This document shows, one piece after another, positions 12,370-25,828 of a stretch of 64,000 nt of DNA. The stretch is from NCBI RefSeq assembly GCF_001194135.2, contig NC_068983.1, positions 135,604,210 to 135,668,209 on the forward strand, given 5' to 3'. The notes under the pieces are model-generated. The model had not been told where the DNA came from. It worked only from the letters and a program-made list of their open reading frames with translations, and searched no databases. Source of the DNA: Octopus bimaculoides (Eukaryota). The position numbers and the translations under genes are program-made. The first letter of the stretch is position 1. The number at the start of each line of letters is the position of its first letter.

Positions 12370-12810
12370 CCTGTTAAAAATTAAATGGGGACATTAAAGG
12401 AGTACTTTAATTATATTTTTAAATCACCACCCAAGCACAAAAATCTGGTCACCAAAGCAAGTTCTTCTATAATCTTGTTTGCTTGAATTAAGTGCAACTT
12501 AGTAGTTTTCCATATCTTCCTATTGTAACATTCATATTGTCCATTTGGTAATTTATGGCGCTGAGTTGTTCTTTCTACTTAAAAATTCCAAACCCAGGCT
12601 TTCAAATTGAGTGCCATGGTTACTATGAACAAATCTTGGAGCTCTGAACCAAGTGAATAATGAGTAGAAGCTTTTAATGAGAGCTTGAAGTTTTCTTTTT
12701 GTAAAACAAATACAATACATAAACTCATTAGCTACAGTCACTCATTATAGTAATTGATTTTGGTCCTACAATATCAAGGGACAGTTGCTGCAGGGTTTTG
12801 TTGATTGTAT
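12370..12810 (-). mobile_element. Gypsy-type (rve) integrase remnant
   Basis: LQQLSLDIVGP; TVANEF; LFTWFRAPRFVHSNHGTQFES (HSD.G.QF); PNGQYECYNRKIWKT (NGQ.ER.N..IWK). Confidence 0.75.
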
Positions 12811-12944
12811 AAGCTAGCAAGTTGAAACTCTTGAAGTAAGGTTTTAATGTCACACACATATATCATACAATCTAATTTCATCTGTAATGTATTTTTGTAA
12901 CAAGATTACTAGAATTGACACTTCATAGAAGCCAATTTGTGTAC

Positions 12945-12997
12945 TTAACCCCTTAGCATTCAGATTACTGTCAAGTGTGATGCTTATTTATTCAAAT
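12945..12997 (+). mobile_element. 5' fragment of a TTAA-ended MITE (same family as 52819-53030)
   Basis: TTAACCCCTTAGCATTCAGATTACTGTCAAGTGTGATGCTTATTTATTCA closely matches 52819-52870. Confidence 0.7.
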
Positions 12998-13392
12998 TCA
13001 TCATTATCATTTAACGTATATTTTCCATGCTGGCATGGGTTGGATGGTTTGACACAAAGCTGTCCAGACTTCAACTGTCTGTTGTGGCATGGTTTCTATG
13101 GCTAGATGCCCTTCCTAATACCAACTACTTTATAGAGTGTGCCAGGTGCTTTTCACGTGCCACCAGCATGGGTGCATTCATGTTGCACCAGCATGAGTGA
13201 ATTTTATATGGCACTAGCACCCGTAATGGACAAGCCTGTATGTATGGAGACAGCAATTTTACTTAGCTTGGTGCATCACCTCAACTCCCAGTTCCTTGTC
13301 ATTTCCTCAGCGAGGCCTAGCATCCAAAGATCCTTTCTTGCCACTTTGTCCGTCTTCTTGGGCCTACCCCTTCCATAGGTCCCTTCACAATT
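12998..13392 (-). mobile_element. RTE LINE 3' end
   Basis: Shared tail TTCCATGCTGGCATGGGTTGGATGGTTTGAC..GATGCCCTTCCTAAT; ORF-end remnant GRGRPKKT..KDLWMLGLAEEMT. Confidence 0.85.
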
Positions 13393-14222
13393 ACAACTTG
13401 TTACTATTCTGCTAAAAGCTAACACTATTTGTAATTTCAGAAATCTTGTATCAATTGGAATAATTCACTATTAGCTTCGAAAGCAGTAAAATGTTCCTCT
13501 TGAGGAGTAAACTGCACTTAATATGCTGAATGAAGGTCAACCATACTGAAATTATGATTTCTGTAACTTAGGTTTAAAACATTACTAATAAATGGGATAG
13601 GAAATGTACCTAGCTGGGTATATCTGTTAATAGTAGATACATAGCCAAACACTTTTTGCCACAACTTTTGCTGACTACGACAACTTGAGAACACCATGAC
13701 TCTGAAGATATAAATATTCCCTCATCCAGTAGTTTATTAATTTCAACTTTGTGGTCTTCAAAAGAACGAGTCTAAGTGAAGCAAAATTATTACTTTTACT
13801 AAAATTCCCAAGCTTGAGATAATGAATAATCAGACTTTTAAATGTTTGTTAAATATATTAACTTTCAGATTAATACATGCAATATAATTAAAGGTGGAAG
13901 TTTATCTTTAAATTTAAGTTGAAGTGACTGTAGTTGTGATAATGCAGAAATTCCAAAAATGGCAGAATCAGATATTCCATAGACAACAGAAACTTTAGTT
14001 ACTAGGAAACAATTTATTTCACTATTTTGAATGGCTTTTGATAGAATGATACTTTTTTAAAACTTTTGGTTTCCAAAATATCCTTGCAAAATGTTCCATT
14101 ATCTTACATTGTTTATCAGTTAGCAGGAAATTCTCTACGGCCATGTAAGGTAAGATCTATCCTAAAAACAAGTTTTAGACTAAAAGTTAATTTCCCAACA
14201 GCAACATAAGAATTATAATGTC

Positions 14223-15290
14223 TTAACCCTTTCATTACTATATTTCTGACCAAAATACACCCCTCGTGAGTTTCAATTAAATTCTAAAATAATCATGAAT
14301 TTAGACTAGTCTCATTAAACACCTTAACTTTTTTTATTTATCAACATATTAATGTGATATTTGGAACATAATTANNNNNNNNNNNNNNNNNNNNNNNNNN
14401 NNNNNNNNNNNNNNNNNNNNNNNNNNNNNNNNNNNNNNNNNNNNNNNNNNNNNNNNNNNNNNNNNNNNNNNNNNNNNNNNNNNNNNNNNNNNNNNNNNNN
14501 NNNNNNNNNNNNNNNNNNNNNNNNNNNNNNNNNNNNNNNNNNNNNNNNNNNNNNNNNNNNNNNNNNNNNNNNNNNNNNNNNNNNNNNNNNNNNNNNNNNN
14601 NNNNNNNNNNNNNNNNNNNNNNNNNNNNNNNNNNNNNNNNNNNNNNNNNNNNNNNNNNNNNNNNNNNNNNNNNNNNNNNNNNNNNNNNNNNNNNNNNNNN
14701 NNNNNNNNNNNNNNNNNNNNNNNNNNNNNNNNNNNNNNNNNNNNNNNNNNNNNNNNNNNNNNNNNNNNNNNNNNNNNNNNNNNNNNNNNNNNNNNNNNNN
14801 NNNNNNNNNNNNNNNNNNNNNNNNNNNNNNNNNNNNNNNNNNNNNNNNNNNNNNNNNNNNNNNNNNNNNNNNNNNNNNNNNNNNNNNNNNNNNNNNNNNN
14901 NNNNNNNTATCATTCACCACGTGCTTTTGTAGCTCATTCGTTCTTTTCTTCGATATCTCCATATCTTCTGTTGAAAAACCTTCAAATTCGGAATCACTGC
15001 TTGATAGCATGAAACTCCTCTCCATCTTCTAAGTTGAAAAAAATCAACGCCGCAAAAAATGTGGAAAAAAAATCTTCCAAAATTCACTGAGTTCAAATAT
15101 CACGCCAAACAATCTCGGAGACAACAACTCAACTGTTTGCAAAGTGAAATCAGGTGTTTTAACGAATGTACTAATGAGATTTGGGTTCAAATATACATTT
15201 AAATAACAATGGGTACGCTCGGCCGGGTTAGTCTTCTGAACCAAAAATTTTTTCGGCCGCCTACAGCCGGGTTAGTAACGAAAGGGTTAA
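14223..15290 (-). mobile_element. piggyBac-superfamily internally deleted element, copy 1 (contains N gap)
   Basis: TTAA TSD at 14223-14226 and 15287-15290; TIR CCCTTTC(A/G)TTACTA; minus-strand ORF start MERSFMLSSSDSEFEGF (acidic transposase N-terminus). Confidence 0.9.
14375..14907. other. Assembly gap (N run)
   Basis: 533 N. Confidence 1.
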
Positions 15291-17829
15291 AATGCTGTCC
15301 ATAGCATTAATAATAGATTCTTCCACTTGGATTATAGAAATAGCTTTATGTAAAGTAAGGGTTTTTCTAGTTTTATGAAAAAACACAAAGCTATGGAAAT
15401 CTACTTTTCAAATGGTTAAAGCACCTGTAAAAGCTTCTTTTGCAAATAATATAAGAAGTCTGCAATATTTGTCAAAGAGAACTGACAAAGTTATTAACAG
15501 GTTGTCCAGGTGATTGTTTCTTACTAGTTCACAGAGTATTTTTATCATTTGTAAATTTAGATGCAATGAAATGCTTTATTTGGGAAAAGTAGTTAATGAC
15601 ATCCTCAGCCTTCTCTTTTGCAATTTTAATCCACTATTTCATCAGAGTAACCAAATATTGAACACCTCCCAGAATTAATTCTAAAATTAATTTTATTGTA
15701 TTCATCTGGTTTCATAAATCTAAGATACCTTTCAAAACAGATAATAAATTCATGAAAAAGCTCTGCAAAATTACTCCTTAATATAGGCGGGTCAGTTCTT
15801 AATATCCATTATATCACTAATGCACTAAAAAAAAAACCTGGAGAAAGGACTGGATAAAAAAATGCAGGGAATCATTGCAAGATGTGCCTGAGAATGAATA
15901 GGCTTAAAAAAACAAACAAAAATGTCTGCAGTAATATAGAATATGTAAAGTTACTCCACTTGTCTCAGTCACTTTCAATGATATTTGTTGCTATTAAACA
16001 TAGTTAAGGTGAATAAAGAAAACAAGATTACAGTGAGAATGTTAAAAATACACCTGAACAACGATCTAGCTAATCTAGGTTGAAGCAAATACCTCAAGTC
16101 AGCAAGTGGAATGTAATACTGTGTGCAAAGTGGCAAGTATACTTTAAAATATTTTTCATAATTTGTGAAATGAAGAAAAACTATATATTCCTGAAAGCAT
16201 TTCTAGATTTACCTCCATCAGCAAAGAAAAAGAAAATAAAAATGAAGAAACTGAACAAAAGAAATAGTCATGCTATTTTTGATAAACTGCCTTCTAACTA
16301 CAGAGGTGAAATTGTGATCTGCCTTTTCAAATTATATATACATAAATTAGTATGAAGATTTCCTCATGACTATTGAAGAGGCTTTCAGACCCAAGAGATT
16401 GACATCCAGACAATGAAGGTATTTTTATGCAAGAAAAAATTTTTTAACCACAAAACAAAATGTGTTAATAATCACAATGTGCACAATTTGGCTTGGCATC
16501 CATGCACGGTTAGAGACATGCTTTGAGTGAGAGAGTGGGATGGGCTTTACACAAACTCATCTATTTTGAACGAATTCCTTGTTCATGTAGCTTAGCATGC
16601 AAAACCTGATGGAAATGTAATTTTCTTCTAAGCCCCATTTAAGGATTGGTGCATAGCTTCAAATTTATGGTGTGAAGCAAAAGAGATAAATCTTCTGTTG
16701 TACAAGATCTTGGTCTACCACAAGTCAGTTTCAGTTGATTTGTTACCTATTCCTAACAGATTGGTAAACTGAAGCAGTAAAGCATTCTGCCCAGGAATTA
16801 CATTGGAATGCCAGCAGTAGACCTCAAATCGCAACCAATGCAATATCTCATTTACTTTACCATCTTACTTCTAAAAGTATAAAGTAACCAAAATTAAGTG
16901 AAAGAAATAGTAAGATAATAAACATGGTCAAACTTGGGAACACAGCACCATTTTGATCATCTATTAATTGCCAGACATATGACAGAGATATTGCAAAAGT
17001 TATGTAGCTGAGTAGCAAGAGTAAAGTGTTAATCGGTGCAGGTTGTGTAGAGCAGTATGTTTAGCCAAGGTAATTTGTATAGGATGCAGTATGACAAAGT
17101 GAGATGTATTGGGTATCACTTAAGATCACGTTATCAATCAAGCTGTGTATTAAGTAGAGCATCTTACTCTTGCTTTTCCTGTCAAGTATGTTTTCCAATA
17201 CCTATAAAGTGAATGTTTCTAAGTTTTGATAACAAAGTTAATGCCACATACAATACAATTTTACTTCGATACATTAGTATGAAACCTCAAATTTGCAGGA
17301 AGATACAAGGAATATGTAGTGACATTAAGTGTGATATTGACTTAACTGTAAACTGATAGTATATTAAAGTACTCAGCAGTCAAGAAAGAAATTTATCTTC
17401 CTTTTAATAAAACACGTTTCTAGTCAAATGTCCAAATGCCTAATCACCAAATTATCCTACTTATAAACTCTTCTACAGTTTTTATGACAATCTTTACCCC
17501 ACAATTTCTCATGCTTTATAATCCAAAAGTATGTTCCTCTATACTTTCATGCTCCACTTAAACATACACATTAAACCCATCTTGGAATAAATTTCTCACC
17601 CATATCAGATGTGCTAGCTCCACCCAACTAGCTCAAAAACAATTCCACACAGATGAAAAATTGTTATCTCTTCACCGATGCACCTTCAGCAGATAGGTTC
17701 ATATCTGGAGACCATACTTGTCTGGCTCTCAACTACCAACATCATTATCAGTAATTACATGCAGATTAGTTAGTTAGCAGCATGTTACTGGTTCTTATAT
17801 TACAATCCCAAGTAATGAAAGCTCACAAT

Positions 17830-18735
17830 CTATCCTTCGTTTGAAAAGTGAAAAACCAAACTAGCTACACCAAAGCTACCAACTTTTGGCTGTCAGTTAT
17901 ATCAATAATCAAAAAAAATGAAAGAATGATGCTATATAGCCCGAAGACTGATCAAACAGATTTATGTTTTCAATCTGTGACCATCTCACATTTTAGAGAC
18001 ATAGGTCTTGAAAGAAAAATTGGGCATCAAATGTGGTGCGCAAGAGAGACGACTGTGCTGGTATGGTCATGTAATGTGTATGGACAAGGACAGCTGTGTG
18101 AAGAAGTACTGGTCTCTAGTGGAAGCAGTAGATCCAGGAAGACATGGGACAAGGTGATAAAGCATGATCTTCAAACGTTGGGCCTGATGGGGGGCAATGA
18201 CAAATGACCAAGACCTTTGGCGATATACCATGCTTGAGAAGACTCATCAAGCCGTGTCGTGGAACTGGCACTTGTGCTGGTGGCATGTAAAAAGTACCCT
18301 TCAGACGTTGGGCAATATGCTGTGCTTGAGAAGACCCATCAAGCCAAATGAAATTGTAATTGTGGCCAATGCAATGCCAGTGATGCATACCTGGCACCAG
18401 TACTAGTGGCATGTAAAAAGTACCCTTCAAATGTTGGACCTTAGAGAGGCAGTGATATGTGACCAAGACCATTAGCAATATACTGTGCTTAAGAAGACCT
18501 ATCAAGCCAAGTGAGATCATAGTCATGGTTGATGCTGATGTTTCATAACTGACACTCATGCCAGTAGCATGTAAAAAGCATTCACTATATTCTTGGAGTG
18601 ATTGGCATTAAGAAGGTTATCCAGTTGTAAAACCATGCCAAACCAGACTGGAACCTGGTGCAGCTTACCAGTTTTCAGTCAAACCATTTAATCTATGCCA
18701 GCATAGAAAACGGATGTTATATAACAATGATGATG
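17830..18735 (+). mobile_element. RTE LINE 3' end with triplicated ORF-end/UTR segment
   Basis: GIKCGAQERRLCWYGHVMCMDKDSCVKK, SRKTWDKVIKHDLQTLGL, DQDLWRYTMLEKT; tail GCCAGCATAGAAAACGGATGTTAT..ATGATGATG. Confidence 0.9.
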
Positions 18736-18849
18736 TCTAAAACAACATTACCCAATGAGTACTTCAATTTTTAAAACAGCACAGAATGATTTGATGGAAA
18801 CTGTCCATAGTGAGATATAATATAGTCACATTGTGTTAATGAAGCATAG

Positions 18850-19200
18850 GACAAGCAATTGCAAGGAGATAGAAATGAAGGGGAGAATAGACAGAATAGT
18901 TATGTGAAGCTGAGAGAGAGAACAAAGGAGTGTATGAAAATGGCAGTTTTAAAGGGGAGTAAGAATAAGAGAGTAACAGAAAGAGTGAAGAGCAAAAATA
19001 AAGCAAGAAATGGAAAAAGGAGTAAAAAACAGACAAGATTGTAAAAAGTTCTTTTAAAAAATCTGCAAACCAAAAAACAAAGAAAGAGCAAAACCAGAAA
19101 ATGGATTAGTGACAGAGCAAACATGGGCAAAGGGTGTAGAGAGAAAGAAATCAAGTGATTAAAAAGGTGGTGGAAAAAGAGGACAAGGTGAGTAATTAAC
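18850..19200. repeat. Purine-rich (GA/GAAA) low-complexity tract
   Basis: Almost all A/G on the plus strand; accounts for spurious ORFs 18836-19259. Confidence 0.8.
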
Positions 19201-20719
19201 ACAACTTCCAATAACAGCAAGTGTAACACAAAGAAATCTAATTTAGTCATCACAACCACTGATACTGTCTACACAACTAAGGGCGGTCTCTGTAAAAGAA
19301 CAACTGTAGCACTGTCTGATTTCCAATCAACAGCATTATATAATTTAGCTATACATCATATTCAAGCACCAATAATGTCTTTTTGTGTGTAATGTACAAA
19401 CACTGAGACTCAACTTTTATAAGCAAGTAACCTCTGGTAAAAACAGTAATAAACTTAAAAATGTCTATGTTCAGTAGATAGGTATTCAAATCGTATTTTA
19501 TACATAAGTGCAGTTGATACTTGCTAGTCATGCCTGTATAATGCTATAAAAATTGCACTCATAAAAACTAGCTGTAATGGAATGAAAAGCAAAGAAAAAT
19601 AACAAAGACCTATAGTGTGGTAATGTACTCTCACAACAGAGATGACAAACCTATGATTAAACACTTCAACAAGACAGATATCAAGAAATTGGAACAGAGT
19701 ACTGTGAAGAACATCTATTATGTTAAAATAAACATCCTAAAAGTAGGCCCAGTAAAAATGATGAGAAATATATCCCACATACACCTACTTAACTGCAAAA
19801 GTAAGCACTGGATTTCAACCACTACAGATATGGCCAACAGTACCGAATAGGTTTATAGTGAAGCCAAGAAAAGGTTCAAAACTATCAACATCAATGATGC
19901 AAATGAAATATGCTCTTTATATAAGAGGAAACTCTGAAATAGATTAGAAAGGACAAGTAAAAAAAAAAAAACTCCTAGTATGATAAGTTCCAGGGTGTAA
20001 TGTTTGATGAAGTCACACCTAAGAATGAAAAAAAACTCACAATATTGCTGAAAACTAGTGACAATATATGCATGCACTCAGTAATAAATGTGACAGTAGG
20101 TGTATGGATGGACAGGCAGACCAGCACAACACAAGCAGGTAAGTACATGCACTAGTAAATGACCACAAACAACAGATGGCAATAAAATAACAAATGTGTG
20201 TGTGTATCTATATAAGGAAAAACACAAATAGAAGCCCCTACTATGAGCGCCCCCATTCCAATTACAATGAGAGAGAGAGAGAGTAGACATAAATACCAGA
20301 TCAAAAGGAAGATATAGTTGCAGGGGTGGGGGAGTGACTGAAAAATTACAGTTGTATTGGTGAAAGGTAAGCCAATCAACTGAATTCATTTATAAAATAT
20401 TAATTATAACAATGCATGTGGCAAAATGACCCTCCTGAAGAGTATCAATATCTGCTATAATACACAAGAATTCAAGAACTGTGCAAAACATGCAAGAAAA
20501 TCACAAAACAAATATTTAAAAAATCCTATTGAGATATTTGGCTTAAAATTTCTTGAGAGGAAAAATAAAAGGTTGTGATATTGATGATTACCCACAATCA
20601 TTGGCGAAGTTAGTGAATTAAAATGACACCAAACTGAAAATTTAGTTGACAAATAACTCACCAAGCCTTCTTCATGATGTTTACCATATGTAATGATGGT
20701 TTCAAATGAACATTGTCTA

Positions 20720-21065
20720 CTACTTTTTTTTTATTGACCCTGGAAAGGTGAACAGCTACTTTTGTCATTAGATTGGAGATTTTGCAGTAGATAATATAAA
20801 GGGACATAAATAAAATACCACAATACATTGTTCACAGTTCTTTACCAATTCTGCCAGCAATTAATACAAGTTTCTAATTTAGGCATAAAGCCAAAAATTT
20901 TGAAGGGAAGTAGCAAGTCAATACCATTGACTTGGTACTCAACAAGTGCCTTATTTCAACAATACCTGGTGGATGTGATGTGAAATTCACCCCAGTAGGA
21001 TTTGAACTCTGGAGGTAGAGAACTGACAAATAGCACAAAGCATTTTGTCTATTGCTCCATAGTAG
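20720..21065 (-). mobile_element. Family A SINE(s), degraded
   Basis: GGCATAAAGCCAAAAATTTTGAAGGG..GGATTTGAACTCTGG..GCACAAAGCATTTT. Confidence 0.65.
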
Positions 21066-21123
21066 AAGTGATAATGTTAAAGTAAATACTATGCTGTACT
21101 AAGTTTCTTTCCAGTATGCCATA

Positions 21124-21490
21124 GGCACAGATATGGTTATGTAAAAAAATGTGTGTTCAGTCCCACTGTGTGGAAATTTGAGCGATGTCTTCTACTTCAG
21201 ACTCAGGCTAACAAAGCCTTGTGAGTGGACTTGATAGATGGAAACTGAAAGAAACCTGTTGCATGCATGTGAGAGTATGTATGTCAGTAGCTCTTTGTCT
21301 TAACACTGTGATAGTATCACTGTCAAACAAGCAGTGTCTTTTATTTTCAATGTTCTGTAAGGACATATCTGGCCATGGGAAAAATATTACTTTATTTGGT
21401 GACAAGGACATCTGGCTGTGTAAAATCCACTTCAATAAACTGACTCATACAAGCACTGAAAAGTGGACACTAAAATGATGGTAATGATGT
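21124..21490 (+). mobile_element. tRNA-derived SINE, family B (local label), with RTE-like 3' tail
   Basis: GTTCAGTCCCACTGTGTGG..TGTCTTCTAC..AAAGCCTTGTGAGTGGA..GGAAACTGAAAGAA; ends GAAAAGTGGACACTAAAATGATGGTAATGATG. Confidence 0.8.
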
Positions 21491-21702
21491 GATATAACCT
21501 TAAATTTGGCTAAAGCCAATTTTATTTTAGATCTTTCTGGAAAGATGTCAGTGAAATAGTTCCAGTCATATACTGGGGAAGAGGAAATGATTCAGCTAAC
21601 TTTTACCAATTGCCTATCACGTAAGAAATTATCCTTATCTTAAATCAGATCTGTTTATCTAACACTTAAAAAGAAAATGCACTTAAATACTAGTTCTCTT
21701 AC

Positions 21703-21732
21703 CTGCTTTATTTGAAAAAACACTCCTAAATT
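21703..21732 (-). CDS. Candidate 30-nt micro-exon (FRSVFSNKA or NLGVFFQIKQ)
   Basis: Acceptor GTTGTCCTCTTTTCAG, donor CAG|GTAAGA, frame-preserving length. Confidence 0.35.
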
Positions 21733-22544
21733 CTGAAAAGAGGACAACCGAGCTAGGTTTATCTGGTAGAGAAGTACAACGTAGGCTAGGAGAAAGCTTC
21801 AGTAGAGGGAAAATAAAGAATGATTTCAATATAGGCAAGACTCATGGGGTTAGATAACAGTGGTTATGAAAGAAAGTCGGGGTGACTGGAGATAGTTTTC
21901 AAAGAAATACAAGTATAAATATGTGATAAAACCCCCAAAGAGAAGGCTTGTCATGTTGGAAAACCATTTCATAAATCTATTATTCTTTTAGTTAACCAAG
22001 AAAAGAATATATAATTATAACCTTGTAGTTAGTTACAAAATGTCCACATATATGGCCAGCTTAAAAGTAATAGTGGTATTGGCAGTGATTAGAACAGCAA
22101 TTTTGACAATTGACAATCTTAGTCTGAGTGCCCTCTGATAATGGTGTGGTTAACAATGGTGGAGGTGGTGCAGGTTAGACTAGCTTCAACTAGTTATTTT
22201 TGACCTTATATCTGATATGAATTAAACCTTTAGGCTTATCTGTAACCGTTCAGGGATAAGGCTGTTGTTACTTCTACATGAAAAAATACAATTTCTTACA
22301 CAAACAAAAGATTACATGATTTATACAAAGAGAAACTAGAATTTAGGATTTTGTTGTTCCCAATGGCACTGTTGGCAGTGGCAGAGAAGTTAAATAGCTA
22401 CAATCAGTTTCAGAACCAAGATGTACATTAGGTTTGTTGAAGAATTTTCACAGCTCAATAGCTAAAAAAGAGTTGAATTTTGGTTTAAAAGCAGAAATAT
22501 ATAAGAAAGTGATATAATCAATTAAACTAACACTGATATCTAAC

Positions 22545-23275
22545 TGGTATTTATTATTAACTTGCAGATGAAAGGATATGTGTTAATCCTTGTCAGATTT
22601 GAATTTAAGTGTAGGGGTGGCTAGAAATATATACTACACACATTTTCTGAAAATTGAATATCCTCTTCTAGGCACACAACCCTAAGTTTGGGAACAGGGC
22701 TAGTCTATTACAATGACCCCAGTATTTGACTACTACTTTATTATGTCAACCTCAAATAGATGACAGTCAAGGTTGACCTGAACAGGATTTGAACCCAGAA
22801 CATAAGTTAGAAGAAATACTGTAAGGAATTTTTTCCAGACACTGATGATACTACCAATTCACCACAACTATAATAATAATTCTTTCTATTATAGGTACGA
22901 AGCTGGAAATATTTGGGGAGGAAGTTAGTCGATTCCATCAACCCCAGTGCTCAACTCGTATTTATTCTATTGTCCCTGAAAGAATGAAAGGCAAAGTTGA
23001 CTTCAAGCAGAATTTGAACTCAGAATGTAAAGACAGTCAAAATGCCACTAAGCATTTTACTCAGCATGCTAACAATTCTGTAATGGTTTCAAAGGCCAGC
23101 AGTTTCAAGGGAGAGGAGTAAGTTGACATCAATCTCAGTGCTCAACTGGTACTTATTTTATCAACTCCAAAAGGATGAAAAGCAAAGTTGACCTCAACAG
23201 AATTTGAACTCAGAACATAAAGACAGGTGAATTGCTGCTAAGCATTTTGCCGAGAGTGTTTATGATTTTGCTAGC
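22545..23275 (-). mobile_element. Head-to-tail array of about four family A SINEs
   Basis: ATTTGAA(C/T)(T/C)CAGAA-like signature near 22600, 22788, 23012 and 23202, some units separated by (AAT)n. Confidence 0.88.
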
Positions 23276-23404
23276 ACAGCAGCAGTAGTTTCCCACACTG
23301 GCATAGTGAGAGGGCACAGTCATGACTGTATTTATCCAAGAGCTGAAATTCAGTTTGTTCAGGATGGGTCAGTGATTTACTATATATTAAATGAAATCTA
23401 GTGT

Positions 23405-23430
23405 TGTGTGTGTGTGTGTGTGTGTGTGTG
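23405..23430. repeat. (GT)n microsatellite
   Basis: Direct inspection. Confidence 0.95.
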
Positions 23431-24164
23431 GGTGCACGCACATACATATTTTAAAGTGAGTGTACAAGCATATACATGTGCTGTGGTGTGATGTGGTTTA
23501 ACTCAGGAAATTAGAACTTCTTTTATGATTATGCTGGTGACATTTAATGGGAAGTTACTGATAATCAAGAAGGTGGTGTGGGTATGTTATAGAAAACATA
23601 TATAAATGAAAATAGACTTAACTGATAGAGAGTGTTAAATGGAGTCAAGTGGTATGTGATGGTGAGGTAAGAGGGACACTGTGCTGGCTAGTGTAAAGGT
23701 GGGAAACAAGAGAGAACATTATTTAGTAATTTCAAATTGGTAGCTATCTGCTCTATGAAATCTATCTAGCTTTAATGCAAACAATGAATGGTAGAAAATG
23801 ACAGCAAATAGTTTTCCATAGTTATATGAAAATGTACATATAAGTGTTAACTCGTTACCCTATCAAATTACAAAACTCCAGCTCATATAGCTTAGCCCTT
23901 GCAACAGAATTTAGAGCAGCCTGGCTGAAGCACATCTAATGATCCAATCCATTATAGTATAAAAAGGTTTTAATAAATGTATATTTGAACTAGTTCTTTT
24001 GCTTGAAATCCCTTCTAGTACACAACAGAATCCTAAAAACTGAAGAATATTGTTCATCTTCATTTCATGTATGTTTTTCATGTGGGCATAAGTTGAATAG
24101 ATCATTATCATCTGAGCCAGCTGTTACTGAGAGTTACTACCTTCTTCAACAGGTTGCAGGGATA

Positions 24165-24592
24165 TATCTCACTCACCATTTGGCATGGTTTCTATGACTG
24201 GATATCTTTCCTAACACTAACCACTTTACAGAGTGTACTCATCATCATCATCATCGTTTAACGTCTGCTTTCCATGCTGGTATGGGTTGGACAGTTTGAC
24301 TGGGGACTGGCAAGCCAGGAGGCCGCACCAGGCTCCAATCTGATCTGGCACTGTTTCTATAGCTGGATGCCCTTCCTAATGCCAACCACTCCAAGAGTGT
24401 AATGGGTGCTTTTTATGTGCCACCAGCATGGGAGCCAGTCAGGCGGCACTGGCATTGGCCATGTTCGGATGGTGCTTTTTACGTGCTACCGGCACAGGGA
24501 GCCAGTCAGGTGGCACTGGCAACGACTCGTGCAAGAATGGTGCTTATTGCGTGCCACCAGCATGAGAGCTGGTCAGGCAGCACTGGCATCGA
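24165..24592 (-). mobile_element. Two RTE 3'-tail copies (one interrupting the other) plus three ~65-bp UTR repeats
   Basis: TGGCATGGTTTCTATGACTGGAT..CCACTTTACAGAGTGTA cut by (CAT)n-CGTTTAACGTC..TTCCATGCTGG; repeats GGTGCTTTTT..GCACTGGCA. Confidence 0.85.
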
Positions 24593-25828
24593 TGAAGTGA
24601 TAAGTGAAAATAGTTAGTGGCAGAAGAGTGATGGGAATGGAGTATCAGTATCCATCCTTCATAGAAGAGATACAAAAGAAAGTAATACACAGGCACACTG
24701 AGAAAAACACATAAAAGCAGATACACCCACAGTAATAGTTAATGCTCACGTACAAATACAGGAAAATATATATATATAGAAATGCACATTTAATAGTGAA
24801 TGCACGTGCACAAATAAACAGACAAATACATACCAGAAAAGACACTATAGTACAGTAATTAGACACTTGAGCAAGAGATTCATACACACATAAGTATAAA
24901 GCATTTTTTGGACGACCACTAAATTACACTCACACAATGCATTTCCTGTATATCATATAACACAAAATATATATGTGCAAATTGCCTTAACAAAAAAAAA
25001 CCAAAAAAAAACCTAACTTTATGAAATTTTTGGCAAAATTGTCATTGGTTGTGTTTAGAATATACAATTCTGAAAAAAGTTTGGGGAAAAAAATCAGGAA
25101 AATGGAAAACTACTGCTGGTTGCATAATGAAGAAGCAGAGTAGCCAAAAGATTCAATTAAAAAAGTTACTGTCGGGTGCTTACTACACAACTCAACTATA
25201 TATAAAACATGGTTGTAAGCTTGGCTGCCTGGCTTGCCACAATGAGTATATGTCTTTAACAATAGCCTCAAGATTACCAATGTCTTCTGAGCAAAATTTG
25301 GTTGAGAGAAATTGTAACACACACAATTCGTACAGACTTTCACAGTGCTTAAAAACTGCTCATTGTTTAGAGCTATGACAAGTATAGATTGATTTAATCA
25401 GTACCAGACAAATATAAATACTAAAGCCAGTATGATCATATTGACTTTAGTAAACCCTTGAATGTGGTGCTCCAGCATGACTGCCAGTAAGAGAATGGTT
25501 GTGTGGTGGACCAGACTGAAAACAAATTCTTTCCTCTATGGCCAAGCCTTCATGAACTTTAAGTTTCACTTGAAAAGGAAACTGATTGTAGAAAAGGAAG
25601 TGCTGCTCCTAGCAATTTTGTTGGAAGGCGGGTGAATGTGGCAAGGTGGAGAAGGCACTTGCCCTAGTGGTCAGAGTAACTGTGGTTTTCATGAACAGTC
25701 CTAGGAAGTCTCCTTCATTTGGGGAATTATTCATCATTAGAATTTATTTTAACATTTTTCTACTTTTTACATACTTCTTTATGTAATCCCCAAAATTTTT
25801 GTAAATCATTAGTGGTAAATAAAGCTTT

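Noticed and set aside
14341-15096. Long ORFs spanning X runs (also 31897-32781)
   Set aside because: Artefacts of translating N gaps; only the flanking piggyBac peptides are meaningful.
18836-19259. Hydrophobic F/L-rich ORFs resembling membrane proteins
   Set aside because: Produced by a purine/pyrimidine low-complexity tract.
25049-25378. Overlapping ORFs of about 80-110 aa
   Set aside because: No recognisable motif or convincing splice sites; could be an unrecognised TE remnant.
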